Of a stretch of DNA of 64,000 nucleotides, positions 1-8,722 are shown one piece after another; the stretch's first letter is position 1, and each line of letters opens with the position of its first letter. The stretch lies in assembly GCA_001821395.1 (NCBI GenBank), contig MHLM01000003.1, positions 46,151-110,150 of the forward strand. The letters run 5' to 3'. The DNA is from Candidatus Lloydbacteria bacterium RIFCSPHIGHO2_02_FULL_50_18. Lineage in GTDB: Bacteria > Patescibacteriota > Minisyncoccia > Phycocordibacterales > UBA6899. The notes beneath the pieces were generated by a model, which made no database searches, had not been told where the DNA came from, and saw nothing but the letters and a program-made list of their open reading frames with translations. A program made the translations under genes and the position numbers.

Positions 1-226
1 ATGTGGGAAATATTGTATCATCCAAGGCTATGAAAGGCGCCTGGGTGTATGCTGACCCCATCCTTTGATGCTTCATTTTTTGAATGGAAGAGCAGTCGGG
101 AAACGTATCTCTGTAGTGTTTGTGAGCTAGCATGTACGGCGGATGACAGAATTTAGCCAGCATTTACTTAATATTTTATGTGTGGTACTGTTTTTCGAGC
201 AATAAGCACATTAACTGGAGAAAATT

Positions 227-1030
227 ATGAACGATCTCGACTATATCAAAAAACTTCCATTGGCATACCTGAAATACCTTCCGCGCATCACCGGTCACGC
301 ACTTGTCCTTGGGGGTAGTGGTGGGATCGGCAGTGAGATCGTGCCCGCTCTTGTCGCATACGGTGCAAGTGCGGTCTCTGTCGCGTATGGTCGGAATAAA
401 GCGGCTGCAGAAGCATTGCAGAAAGAATTGCGCGCGGCAAGGGTCACATGTTACATCGGCGCAGTCGATCCGCTTGATGAGAAGAGCTTCAGCGCATTTC
501 TTGACGATGCCGTCCGCGCAGTCGGTGAGGAGATCAGTGTTGCAGTCAATTCCATCGGCTTTTCGCCGAATACTCCGCTTGAAGAACAGACACTTGAAGA
601 ACGGCGGAAAGTGTTCGACGTGAATGTCCATGGCACCGCACTTACATCGCGCTTGATCTTGGCGCGAATGAAGGAAAAGGGTATCGGAGCAAAAGGCTCG
701 CTTGTCCTCATTACGTCGTCGAACGGTATCAATTCGCAGGCATCGTATTCATCGCACTACGATGAGTCGAAGGCGGCACTCATTCCGATGATCAAGAACC
801 TTGCGGAGTTTTATGCGCCGATCCGCGTGAACGGAGTTGCTCCTGGTTGGGTAGAGACTGCAATGAATGACACACTTCCACCTGGAGAGCGCGAAAAGGA
901 AACGGCAAAGATATTCCTCAATCGTTATGCCGATCCCGCCGAGGTCGCCTCATTCGTCGCGTTCATCTCAAGTTCCGGTGGAACGTTCATCAATAATGAA
1001 AATTACAAGATCGACGGCGGTACGCGCTGA
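227..1030 (+). CDS. short-chain dehydrogenase/reductase (SDR) family oxidoreductase
   Basis: 267 aa. N-terminal Rossmann glycine motif (LVLGGSGGIGSEI). SDR-like length and central S...YxxxK-type region. Confidence 0.7.
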   Translation: MNDLDYIKKLPLAYLKYLPRITGHALVLGGSGGIGSEIVPALVAYGASAVSVAYGRNKAAAEALQKELRAARVTCYIGAVDPLDEKSFSAFLDDAVRAVGEEISVAVNSIGFSPNTPLEEQTLEERRKVFDVNVHGTALTSRLILARMKEKGIGAKGSLVLITSSNGINSQASYSSHYDESKAALIPMIKNLAEFYAPIRVNGVAPGWVETAMNDTLPPGEREKETAKIFLNRYADPAEVASFVAFISSSGGTFINNENYKIDGGTR

Positions 1031-1041
1031 TCGATATATTG

Positions 1042-1066
1042 AAAGCCCTCTTCGGAGGGCTTTTTT
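1042..1066 (+). terminator. Rho-independent terminator after SDR gene
   Basis: GC hairpin gccctc-ttcg-gagggc followed by TTTTTT. Confidence 0.8.
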
Positions 1067-1091
1067 GTGACCCTCGTGCCACTTGCATTTT

Positions 1092-1487
1092 TTATAGGGT
1101 TTGGATAATGTTGGTGAATTTTTGTCCGAAGGTTCTCATCTCGATCAGCCTGTGCTCGTCCATCAAGTCGACGATCGCCCCAAGGTCGCCAGCATTTCTG
1201 CTTAAGCGATCCGGGTGCCACGCAAGGATGGCGTTAAACTTGCCCGCCTTGAGGTCATTAATCAGCTCATTGAAGACAGGGCGTTGCCCGGTGCTTTTTG
1301 CCGAGTGTGATTCACGCTTGATGTCGACCACATCAAGCCCCTCCAGTTGTGCCAACTGGAGCATCTCTTTGGCTTGGGAATCGATGGAAAGGGCTTGTTG
1401 TTCGTCCGATTCCGTCGACCTTCTAGCGTATAAACAGTATTTAATTTTTGGCTCGTCAGAGCCCTCTAGCGGGTTTGTATTTTTCAT
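1092..1487 (-). pseudogene. serine recombinase/resolvase N-terminal catalytic domain fragment; C-terminal helix E and DNA-binding domain absent
   Basis: YARRSTESDEQ active-site serine motif and DRLSRN motif. ORF stops after about 130 aa, where the E-helix would begin. No SD. Confidence 0.55.
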
Positions 1488-1551
1488 ACACCACAATGAA
1501 TGACAGAACCCTCCCAGAGAGTCCAGGAAGGGTAGAATAGGTAAAAACAAA

Positions 1552-1581
1552 AGCCACCCGATGAGGGTGGCCTTGTTTTTT
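1552..1581. terminator. bidirectional intrinsic terminator
   Basis: gccaccc-gatgag-ggtggc hairpin with T-runs on both strands. Confidence 0.6.
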
Positions 1582-1589
1582 GTGAGAAA

Positions 1590-2783
1590 TTACAGTCCTC
1601 GTTCAAGTACTGCAATACGCGCAATGTTGTTGCAGAGTTTCCATGTTGCCTGGTCTTTACCAAGCTTGGTTGGATTTCGCATCTCTTTCGCTTGCTCACC
1701 GACAGTTTTTGCCAGCTCATCGGCAAGCGAGCGAAAAACCTTTATTGGGTCGTCCTTCCAGATCGCCTTATCTCCCTCAACTTTCACGAGATTGCGGAAT
1801 GCCGCTAGTACGGGATAGATGAAAGCACTTGGTATTCTATAGTTCGCCTCACTTGAGTTGAAGATAAGTTCTTCATTAGCCATTTTGGGGCGGTTATTGA
1901 TCTGTATCACTCCAGTTAAGGCGCCAAATTTCCCACCGGCAGCTTTATTGTAAGCCTCAGGAAGTTCTCTGTAGATCGTGTCACGTAATTCGAGAATTCT
2001 TGGAATGAGCGGGACATACTTCATCAGGGTGGCTCGATAATTTTTGAAGTGTTCGATCACGTTTGATTTCTGCGAATATGCCATTATTGGATGATGTTCT
2101 TGGTCAAAATGATCGACATCGAAACATACGAGATAGGAAAGAATCTCCTTGATGTCCACATCCTTTGCTTCACCCGTTTTTTCGTCAATCTCATATTCTT
2201 TGTAGGCAATTCGATTTGCATATGGCTTGTCTTTGACTACCTGCTTGATCTCTTCAAAATGCTGATTCAGCTCCTCAAGGCTTTCGGACTTTACTTGAGC
2301 GGAGGTATTACGCGCGAGCACGATCTCAACTGCGTCATCTAGATTTTCAATCCCTTCAATAATTTCGATGCGAACACAGGCATTGATATCCTTTAACTCA
2401 TCTGGATTTGCACTATGGACGAAGTTTTGCAGAACACGGTATGTATGCCCGCCATCCAGTAGGCCGTGACGAGTTGAATCAACTAATTCAAGACTCACCT
2501 CGCCTGTCTTGTTGTCGTATTCGGCCTTGTCAACAAGCAAGGTAATACCGCGATTGCGGAAAAGAAATTGGTCAGGATTGTTTTCGAGTGATTTCTGAAT
2601 CTTCTTGCTGACCCCAGAAGTGATCTTGGGGTCACGCGGATTAATTTTTCGCCACTCCTCTACTTCAGCGGGTAAGTTAACGATGTTTGCTACTGCGATA
2701 TATGATCGGGCCACTGTTTCGTCATGTGGACTCTCGATTCTTCTGAAAGATGCAACTGGAAATTTAATAATTGTGCTTTTCAT
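1590..2783 (-). CDS. defense-island protein, possibly AIPR (abortive-infection phage-resistance) family; contains a DGGH(T) ParB/DGQHR-like motif
   Basis: About 397 aa ORF adjacent to and divergent from the R-M genes. Motif LLDGGHTYRVL. Family call is tentative; no search possible. Confidence 0.4.
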   Translation of the reverse strand: MKSTIIKFPVASFRRIESPHDETVARSYIAVANIVNLPAEVEEWRKINPRDPKITSGVSKKIQKSLENNPDQFLFRNRGITLLVDKAEYDNKTGEVSLELVDSTRHGLLDGGHTYRVLQNFVHSANPDELKDINACVRIEIIEGIENLDDAVEIVLARNTSAQVKSESLEELNQHFEEIKQVVKDKPYANRIAYKEYEIDEKTGEAKDVDIKEILSYLVCFDVDHFDQEHHPIMAYSQKSNVIEHFKNYRATLMKYVPLIPRILELRDTIYRELPEAYNKAAGGKFGALTGVIQINNRPKMANEELIFNSSEANYRIPSAFIYPVLAAFRNLVKVEGDKAIWKDDPIKVFRSLADELAKTVGEQAKEMRNPTKLGKDQATWKLCNNIARIAVLERGL

Positions 2784-3087
2784 ACTGTGTATGGCTAAGC
2801 GAATAAATGGGCAAAATAAAAACATGCCCGGTGCGCATGCTTAGCAGTCGTCTATGAAAAATATTCATTAGGCTGAGCTAAATGTTGGTCGAGATCTCTC
2901 TACGGCCCTCCACAGCTTTCACTACTGGAGTCAGTGTGCGTACATCACTGATTTCATTAGCCTACACCCGTAGCTGGGCTGACGTCAATGAATAACCAAA
3001 CATCCTCTAGAGAGCCAAGAATAAAGGGCAAAAAGCCCATAATTGTCCCCATTTTTCTTAATTTTTTCCTACTTAATTTGATCCGAT

Positions 3088-3098
3088 GTTGCTATAAT
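3088..3098 (+). promoter_or_regulatory. extended -10 promoter element (TGcTATAAT) for methyltransferase gene, short leader
   Basis: tgcTATAAT ends 17 nt upstream of the ATG at 3116. No SD. Confidence 0.4.
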
Positions 3099-3115
3099 TA
3101 GGATACGATTTTTGC

Positions 3116-5041
3116 ATGAGGCTTCTTGAACAACACAAAATTGCTCCCCGCATTTCTGCTTCTCAGGAGAGTGTTTTTGTCACTCGACCACTTCTTAAGT
3201 GGGCGGGAGGGAAAACACAACTGCTTGATGAGCTTCTTCCTAAACTTCCAGATGAGTATGGTCGGTTTATAGAACCGTTCATTGGTGGTGGAGCTTTATT
3301 TTTCAAAGTTAAGCCCAGAAACGGAATAATCGCAGACAGTAACCCGGAACTAGTAAACATGTATCGCTCAGTTGCGGAGAATGTTACTGCTGTCATTGAG
3401 CACCTCACGCGCTATAAGAATACGGAAGAGATGTTTTATAAAGTGCGGGCGCAAGACTGGGGTAATCTTTCTCCAGAGGAAGCAGCCGCACGTACCATCT
3501 ATCTGAATCGCACCTGCTTTAATGGGCTGTATCGAGTCAATAAAAAAGGACAATTCAACGTACCGTATGGTAGATATACGAATCCGCGAATAGTCGACGT
3601 AGAAGGATTAATATCTGCATCTCAGCTTTTGCAGAATACCAAAATAATCTGTGGTGACTACAAGAGCGTGTTGCGCGAAGAAGCACGTGCTGGTGATTTT
3701 ATCTTTCTTGATCCTCCCTATTTGCCCATATCAGAATATGCAGACTTCAAGAGATACACCAAGGAGCAATTTTATGAAGAGGACCACGTGGAACTAGCAG
3801 AAGAAGTACGACGCCTTCATGACTTGGGATGTCACGTTGTTTTAACAAACTCGAATCATCCGTTGGTGCATGAGCTGTATCAAGGATTTGAGATAGAGGT
3901 AATTCAATCAAGGCGCAACATCAGTTCAAATGCAAAGAGTAGAACAGGGGAGGACGTAATTGTCACAGCAATACCTAGGCACCGCTTCAATAAGAGACTC
4001 ATAATTACTCCACAACCTGAACAATTACTGAAGTACCCATCAACAAGATACATGGGATCGAAGAATAAATTGCTAGATCAAATCTGGGCAGTTGCTTCAC
4101 AGTTTAATTTTGATACTGCTGTGGACCTATTTTCGGGATCCGGCATAGTTGGCTATATGTTTAAGGCGCATGGCAAAGAAGTGCTATCAAATGACTATAT
4201 GACGATGTCTGCCGTTTTTGCAAAGGCCATGGTGGAGAATAATAATGTTCGTCTCACGGAGAAAGATATAAATGCACTACTCAAGTCACATCGTGCGGTC
4301 GATCGTTTTGTCCAAGAAACTTTCGGAGGATTGTATTTTACCGACGAAGAAAACAAGCTCATTGATATCGTCAGGTCTAATGTAAAAAAACTGAAAAACC
4401 CGCACAAGAGAGCAATAGCAATGTCTGCGTTGATACGAGCGTGTGTCAAAAAAAGGCCACGAGGTATTTTTACTTATGTTGGACACAGGTATGATGACGG
4501 ACGCCGTGATCTCTCCATCTCTTTTGAGCAACAGTTCGTTGAGGCAATACAGGCCATCAATGCTTCAATCTTCGACAACGGAAAGAAGAACAAGGCACGA
4601 CAGGGTGATGCCATGAGCATTAATACCGGACATCCTGGCTTGGTTTACATTGATCCTCCATACTTTAGTCCATTTTCTGACAATGAATATGTGCGCCGGT
4701 ATCATTTTGTTGAGGGGTTGGCCCGCGATTGGAAGGGTGTTGAAATTCAAGAGCACACACTAACAAAGAAGTTTAAAAACTACCCCACTCCCTTTTCATC
4801 AAGAAATGGTGCATATGATGCTTTTGATCTTCTATTCAAGCGTTTTCGCAATAGTATTTTAATCGTTTCGTATTCTTCAAACAGCCTCCCCACGCTTGAT
4901 GAGATGGTTGCACTTATGGCAAAACATAAGCGACATGTCGAAGTCATACCCGTTGATTATAAATATTCGATCGGCAACCAAGGGCATAAAGTTAACGATA
5001 ACCGGAATAACGTTAAAGAATACTTGTTTGTTGGATACTAA
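3116..5041 (+). CDS. Type IIS-style fused two-domain N6-adenine DNA methyltransferase (M.FokI-like; two Dam/D12-class domains)
   Basis: 641 aa. Domain 1: LLKWAGGKTQLLDEL, FIGGGALFF, LDPPY. Domain 2: YMGSKNKLL, FSGSGIVGY, IDPPYFSP. The architecture and the roughly 640-aa length are those of M.FokI. Confidence 0.85.
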   Translation: MRLLEQHKIAPRISASQESVFVTRPLLKWAGGKTQLLDELLPKLPDEYGRFIEPFIGGGALFFKVKPRNGIIADSNPELVNMYRSVAENVTAVIEHLTRYKNTEEMFYKVRAQDWGNLSPEEAAARTIYLNRTCFNGLYRVNKKGQFNVPYGRYTNPRIVDVEGLISASQLLQNTKIICGDYKSVLREEARAGDFIFLDPPYLPISEYADFKRYTKEQFYEEDHVELAEEVRRLHDLGCHVVLTNSNHPLVHELYQGFEIEVIQSRRNISSNAKSRTGEDVIVTAIPRHRFNKRLIITPQPEQLLKYPSTRYMGSKNKLLDQIWAVASQFNFDTAVDLFSGSGIVGYMFKAHGKEVLSNDYMTMSAVFAKAMVENNNVRLTEKDINALLKSHRAVDRFVQETFGGLYFTDEENKLIDIVRSNVKKLKNPHKRAIAMSALIRACVKKRPRGIFTYVGHRYDDGRRDLSISFEQQFVEAIQAINASIFDNGKKNKARQGDAMSINTGHPGLVYIDPPYFSPFSDNEYVRRYHFVEGLARDWKGVEIQEHTLTKKFKNYPTPFSSRNGAYDAFDLLFKRFRNSILIVSYSSNSLPTLDEMVALMAKHKRHVEVIPVDYKYSIGNQGHKVNDNRNNVKEYLFVGY

Positions 5042-5061
5042 AGATATAGGATTGTGAAATC

Positions 5062-6810
5062 ATGTCAGGAGTATGGAATATAGGAAATACCACAGTTCGC
5101 AACCCCAAAAGAATTGAAATGGGACTACGCCTACTCCACGAAGGTGGATTCTTGGGCAACCTTGAGGGAGAGGAAAATGAAATTAAACTTACCGACGCAC
5201 TGGTGCAGTCTGGGGTTGTTGATTCCGCCTCTAAAGAAAAGAGTTCTGCTTGGCTGGGTCGCAAGTGGAGAAATGTGATGGTGAAGCTGGGCTTTATTAC
5301 CGACAAGGCATATCGAATAGAAGGAAAAGCTGTATCTCACAGTAAAATATTCACAGAAATAGGTGCGGATATGAATGCTTACTCTCTTACTCCCGCAGGG
5401 GAGAGGTTGGTAATGGCAAAGACGCTTGGAGAAGTGCAAGATGTTTTCTTGCAACAACTGTATCGACACCAATTGCCAAATCCTCTTGAAAAGAAAGTTC
5501 CCAAAGACGCACCACCCATGCGACCCTTTGTGCTCCTGCTTGATGTCCTGCTTAGCTTGCAGAACGACGATGCTGGGATTTCCCAGACGGAAACAGCAAT
5601 ATTTATACAAGAAATACAAAGCCACACTCAGGACACGGGAGTAAAGATAGCCATGAAGATTATTGCTTACAGAAAAAAGAGAGGAATGTTGTCTTCAAGG
5701 AGGGAAAAACTAATCTTTGACAAGGAACTTTTGAGCGAAGTTTCAACAAGGGCGAAGGTCAAACTACTGACTCCTCGTGACTATGCCGATACCACAATTA
5801 GATATTTTTCCATGACAGGGCTTTTTGAAGTTCATGGATCCCGGATGTGTATCAAAGCTGAAAAAAGAAACGTTGCAGAGGAATTAGTAAAGAGCTCACA
5901 AGATCTTTTTGTAATTACTGACCCCGTTCAGTATCTCAAGGAGTTTTATGTTGGAACTGGGTTGCCAACCGATAACACGAGGGTGTTAAACGAGGAGCTT
6001 GCTGCGCTCAAAGAAATAGCACATGAATTAAAAATCAAAACCAAGGCTACGGGAGAAAAAGATCCCAACAGGTTAAAGGCGGAAAAATATAAACTTGAAG
6101 AAGATATTTTGTTTGCCAAAGAGGAGCAATTTGCACTTTTGCAACAGAATCCTGATCAGGTTGAAGACATAATCTCGTCCCTGTCTAAGATAGCTACAAG
6201 TGATCGCGACTTTTTGCGCAGCCTCGTGGATCTCCCCGCTTATCTAGAGTGGATTGTTTGGAGAGGATTTTTGTCTGTTGATCATATTACGGTCCCAACA
6301 AAAGAAACACGTGGCTTTCCTGTTGATTCCGATTTGCAGCCAAGATATCCTGCCCCAGGGGGTAGACCGGATATGTCCTTTGAGTTTTTGGACTACAGTC
6401 TTGTTGTCGAAGTGACATTAACCACCTCCACTCGACAATATATTGCCGAGTGTGAGCCAGTAAGAAGACATGTTGCCAACGGAAAAGGTGGAAAGGAGAC
6501 ACTCGGAATTTTTATTGCTCCCACCCTCGACAATAACTTTCTCCATAAAGTGCGAGAGCACTTCCGTGGTGACGAGCTAATAATGCTAAAGATTTTACCG
6601 CTCACGATTTCACATTTTGTTCGCTTGCTTGAGGTACACAAGTCCACATCCATTACGCCCGACGACGTTAAGGATCTAATCTTGAGGGTCAATAGTAGTG
6701 AATCCTCAAATGGTCTTGAGTGGAAGAAGCATATTGAGCAGACTTTTGATGAATGGTTACAAGAACATGGAGCAGTCGATGCTGTGAGAGGAAAGGTCGT
6801 GGCGGCGTAG
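5062..6810 (+). CDS. Type IIS restriction endonuclease, FokI-like (N-terminal recognition region, C-terminal PD-(D/E)xK cleavage domain)
   Basis: 582 aa (FokI is 587 aa). C-terminus GGRPDMSFEFLDYSLVVEVT aligns by eye to FokI RKPDGAIY...DYGVIVDTK. The downstream AECEPVRRHV segment matches ADEMQRYVEE. It sits immediately after the two-domain methyltransferase. Confidence 0.6.
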   Translation: MSGVWNIGNTTVRNPKRIEMGLRLLHEGGFLGNLEGEENEIKLTDALVQSGVVDSASKEKSSAWLGRKWRNVMVKLGFITDKAYRIEGKAVSHSKIFTEIGADMNAYSLTPAGERLVMAKTLGEVQDVFLQQLYRHQLPNPLEKKVPKDAPPMRPFVLLLDVLLSLQNDDAGISQTETAIFIQEIQSHTQDTGVKIAMKIIAYRKKRGMLSSRREKLIFDKELLSEVSTRAKVKLLTPRDYADTTIRYFSMTGLFEVHGSRMCIKAEKRNVAEELVKSSQDLFVITDPVQYLKEFYVGTGLPTDNTRVLNEELAALKEIAHELKIKTKATGEKDPNRLKAEKYKLEEDILFAKEEQFALLQQNPDQVEDIISSLSKIATSDRDFLRSLVDLPAYLEWIVWRGFLSVDHITVPTKETRGFPVDSDLQPRYPAPGGRPDMSFEFLDYSLVVEVTLTTSTRQYIAECEPVRRHVANGKGGKETLGIFIAPTLDNNFLHKVREHFRGDELIMLKILPLTISHFVRLLEVHKSTSITPDDVKDLILRVNSSESSNGLEWKKHIEQTFDEWLQEHGAVDAVRGKVVAA

Positions 6811-6818
6811 ATTAAAAA

Positions 6819-6846
6819 ACAGACCACCCATTAATGGGCGGTCTGC
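6819..6846 (+). terminator. terminator after R-M operon
   Basis: cagaccaccca-ttaa-tgggcggtctg hairpin with one mismatch. T-run slightly downstream. Confidence 0.5.
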
Positions 6847-6871
6847 TCTGCTCCGGTTTTTGTGGAAATAA

Positions 6872-7147
6872 CTACAATCCACGCTCAAGAACGGCAATGC
6901 GAGCACGCTTTCAGACAATGGGTTCGGCCTACGTGTTTTTGATGGCGCGGTAGAAATTCACGATTCGACGATCGCGGGTAACGAAACGGGCATAATGAAT
7001 ACAGATATTGATATGGTGGTTGACGCCACAAGGAATTATTGGGGAGACGCTGACGGGCCGACGCTTTCGGGTGAAGCAGCTGATGGTGACAGCATCTCGG
7101 AAAATGTTTTGACCGAAGGTTTCCTCGTCGCTCCGCCGATGATCTAA
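6872..7147 (+). pseudogene. 3' remnant of a parallel beta-helix (PbH1) repeat protein gene, no start codon
   Basis: Open frame reads ...NGNASTLSDNGFGLRVFDGAVEIHDSTIAGNETGIMNTDIDMVVDATRNYWGDADG...PPMI*. A stop codon lies just upstream and no upstream start is present. Confidence 0.45.
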
Positions 7148-7272
7148 GAAGGGTCGATTACCGATGTTTTGTCCAAGCGCAAGACCACTGGACGGCATCA
7201 CCTATACCGGTAGTCCTTGTCATGAAATTGCCCATGTAAGCATCAAAGAATCCTTCGGTGTGTTAACATGAA

Positions 7273-7521
7273 GTGATGAAATCAAAAGGATGGGGACTTG
7301 AGTTGATCGGGGCGTATGGAATGGTGATGATACTCGGAGCGTATTTTTTGACGTCTTTTAATTATGTTCTTGCCGATAATCTCTGGTATCAATTGATGAA
7401 TCTTACGGGTGGTATGGCTTTTGTGTACTACACGCTCACGAAAAAGGCGTGGGCGTCCCTCGGGGTCAACTCGGTGTGGGTCATCATCGCCGCCGTCAGT
7501 CTCTGGAAGATGTTCATGTAG
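7273..7521 (+). CDS. small hydrophobic membrane protein, unknown function
   Basis: 82 aa with 2-3 predicted TM helices. The antisense ORF looks like noise. Confidence 0.45.
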   Translation: MMKSKGWGLELIGAYGMVMILGAYFLTSFNYVLADNLWYQLMNLTGGMAFVYYTLTKKAWASLGVNSVWVIIAAVSLWKMFM

Positions 7522-7595
7522 CCAAGCGCTCGGCATTTAGGTTGCAATGAACCGGATACCCTACTTGAGGACTTGAGACGTAGCACAAAATTTTA

Positions 7596-7635
7596 AAAGT
7601 ACTATTTATTTGCTATAGCAAATAAATAGTACTTT
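7596..7635. repeat. perfect 40-bp palindrome (arms AAAGTACTATTTA... / ...TAAATAGTACTTT)
   Basis: aaagtactatttatttgcta|tagcaaataaatagtacttt read directly. Lies between convergent genes, 90 bp past the stop of the PaaX-like gene. Confidence 0.9.
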
Positions 7636-7724
7636 CACTTTTGGAGATGAGCACGGGAAGGGGGAGGACGTAATGCTCTTGGTTTGTGGTTGTCGGAGGA
7701 CTGCATCTGCTGTCGTGGGTAGAG

Positions 7725-8372
7725 TTATTGTAAATGAAAGTGGCGGATGAGTTCCGGTGCATTATCGATATCGGTTGCCGTCATAAAGCGGATGTGTCGC
7801 CGGGCATTGTAGAATTCCATTATGTATTCGATCTCGCTTGCGCAAGGGTAGGGGTGCACGAAGACTGATTTTTGAAACTCAGAGAATCCCATGTTCTTGA
7901 AATGCATGCGGAGCGCATCGCGAACGCCTTTCAGATTTTCCGGAACATCAAACATCACCACTCGCCATTTTTTGTCCCAATAAGGAGGCATTTTGATGAC
8001 CAAGTTATCAAGATCATAACGGAGTGCCACTTCCTTACCCTCCTTTGACAGGACAAGAGTGAATGTGCCGTCCTTATTGCTTTTTGTGCTTACGAGCTTG
8101 GACTTATAGAGATTTTGGATCGCCTGATTGAGCGCCCTACGGTTGATGGCGTTCCACTCTGCCTTCATTGCCCTCGCGACACGAAAGTACTGTTTCGGTG
8201 ATCGTGAGAGCCCGAGTGCCAATCCGCCGAGTAAGAGGAGCAGCACCTTTTGTTGCACATGTCCCACTCGTCTCTTTGAAACGTCGCTCGCTGTACCCAC
8301 CCCCTTCTTTATCTCTGTCTTTCGCATGGTGATTTGTTTGGATATTTTTGTCACACCATTCAATCTTTTCAT
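7725..8372 (-). CDS. PaaX-like transcriptional regulator (N-terminal winged HTH + central Cas2-like domain), short C-terminus
   Basis: 215 aa. Cas2/VapD-like pattern WRVVMFDVPENLKGVRDALRMHFKNMGFSEFQKSVF. Basic helical N-terminus. Confidence 0.5.
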   Translation of the reverse strand: MKRLNGVTKISKQITMRKTEIKKGVGTASDVSKRRVGHVQQKVLLLLLGGLALGLSRSPKQYFRVARAMKAEWNAINRRALNQAIQNLYKSKLVSTKSNKDGTFTLVLSKEGKEVALRYDLDNLVIKMPPYWDKKWRVVMFDVPENLKGVRDALRMHFKNMGFSEFQKSVFVHPYPCASEIEYIMEFYNARRHIRFMTATDIDNAPELIRHFHLQ

Positions 8373-8376
8373 AATA

Positions 8377-8424
8377 ACATAAAGTACTATTTACCCGCTA
8401 TCGCGGGTAAATAGTACTTTATGT
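8377..8424. repeat. 48-bp near-perfect palindrome sharing its 13-bp outer arms with the 7596-7635 palindrome; ends 5 nt upstream of the PaaX-like start codon
   Basis: acataaagtactatttacccgc-tatc-gcgggtaaatagtactttatgt. Confidence 0.9.
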
Positions 8425-8492
8425 GGGAGAGGAGAAAGGGAGAGAGAGGGGGTGGAATGGGGTTGGGTATACTCTATTAAGAAAAATTTGTC

Positions 8493-8583
8493 GCGATACG
8501 AAGTTCTGGACTGAAACGGTGCTTGAGATGCTGTACGAGTTGTACTGCCTCCAAACCCGCCAAAGGAAGAACTAGTAGTCCGC
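8493..8583. repeat. copy 1 of an imperfect direct repeat of about 90 bp (about 80% identity to 8723-8815)
   Basis: gcgatacgaagttctggac...ccaaacccgccaaaggaagaactag vs gcgatgtgaagtcctggac...ccaaacccgccgaaggaaggacgag. Confidence 0.8.
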
Positions 8584-8722
8584 AAAATTGAACACGCTAA
8601 AGAGTCTATTCAAATAGCCCCAGATGCGAGGCGCCTTGACAACGGTCCAACACCAGAAGAACGTTCAGATTTTTGATGAGATCTGATGTTGATTTTGTGC
8701 TAAGAGAGTTTCAGTTTCGGAT

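Larger units (their letters stand above)
1070..6870. mobile_element. integrated defense island remnant (resolvase fragment + AIPR-like + Type IIS R-M), visibly more AT-rich than flanks
   Basis: Left edge: truncated serine recombinase. Right edge: strong terminator, then a start-less 3' fragment of a beta-helix gene. Composition shift judged by eye. Confidence 0.5.

Noticed and set aside
176-631. 151-aa minus-strand ORF overlapping the SDR gene
   Set aside because: Antisense to a well-supported SDR CDS and has no motifs; typical shadow ORF in GC-neutral DNA.
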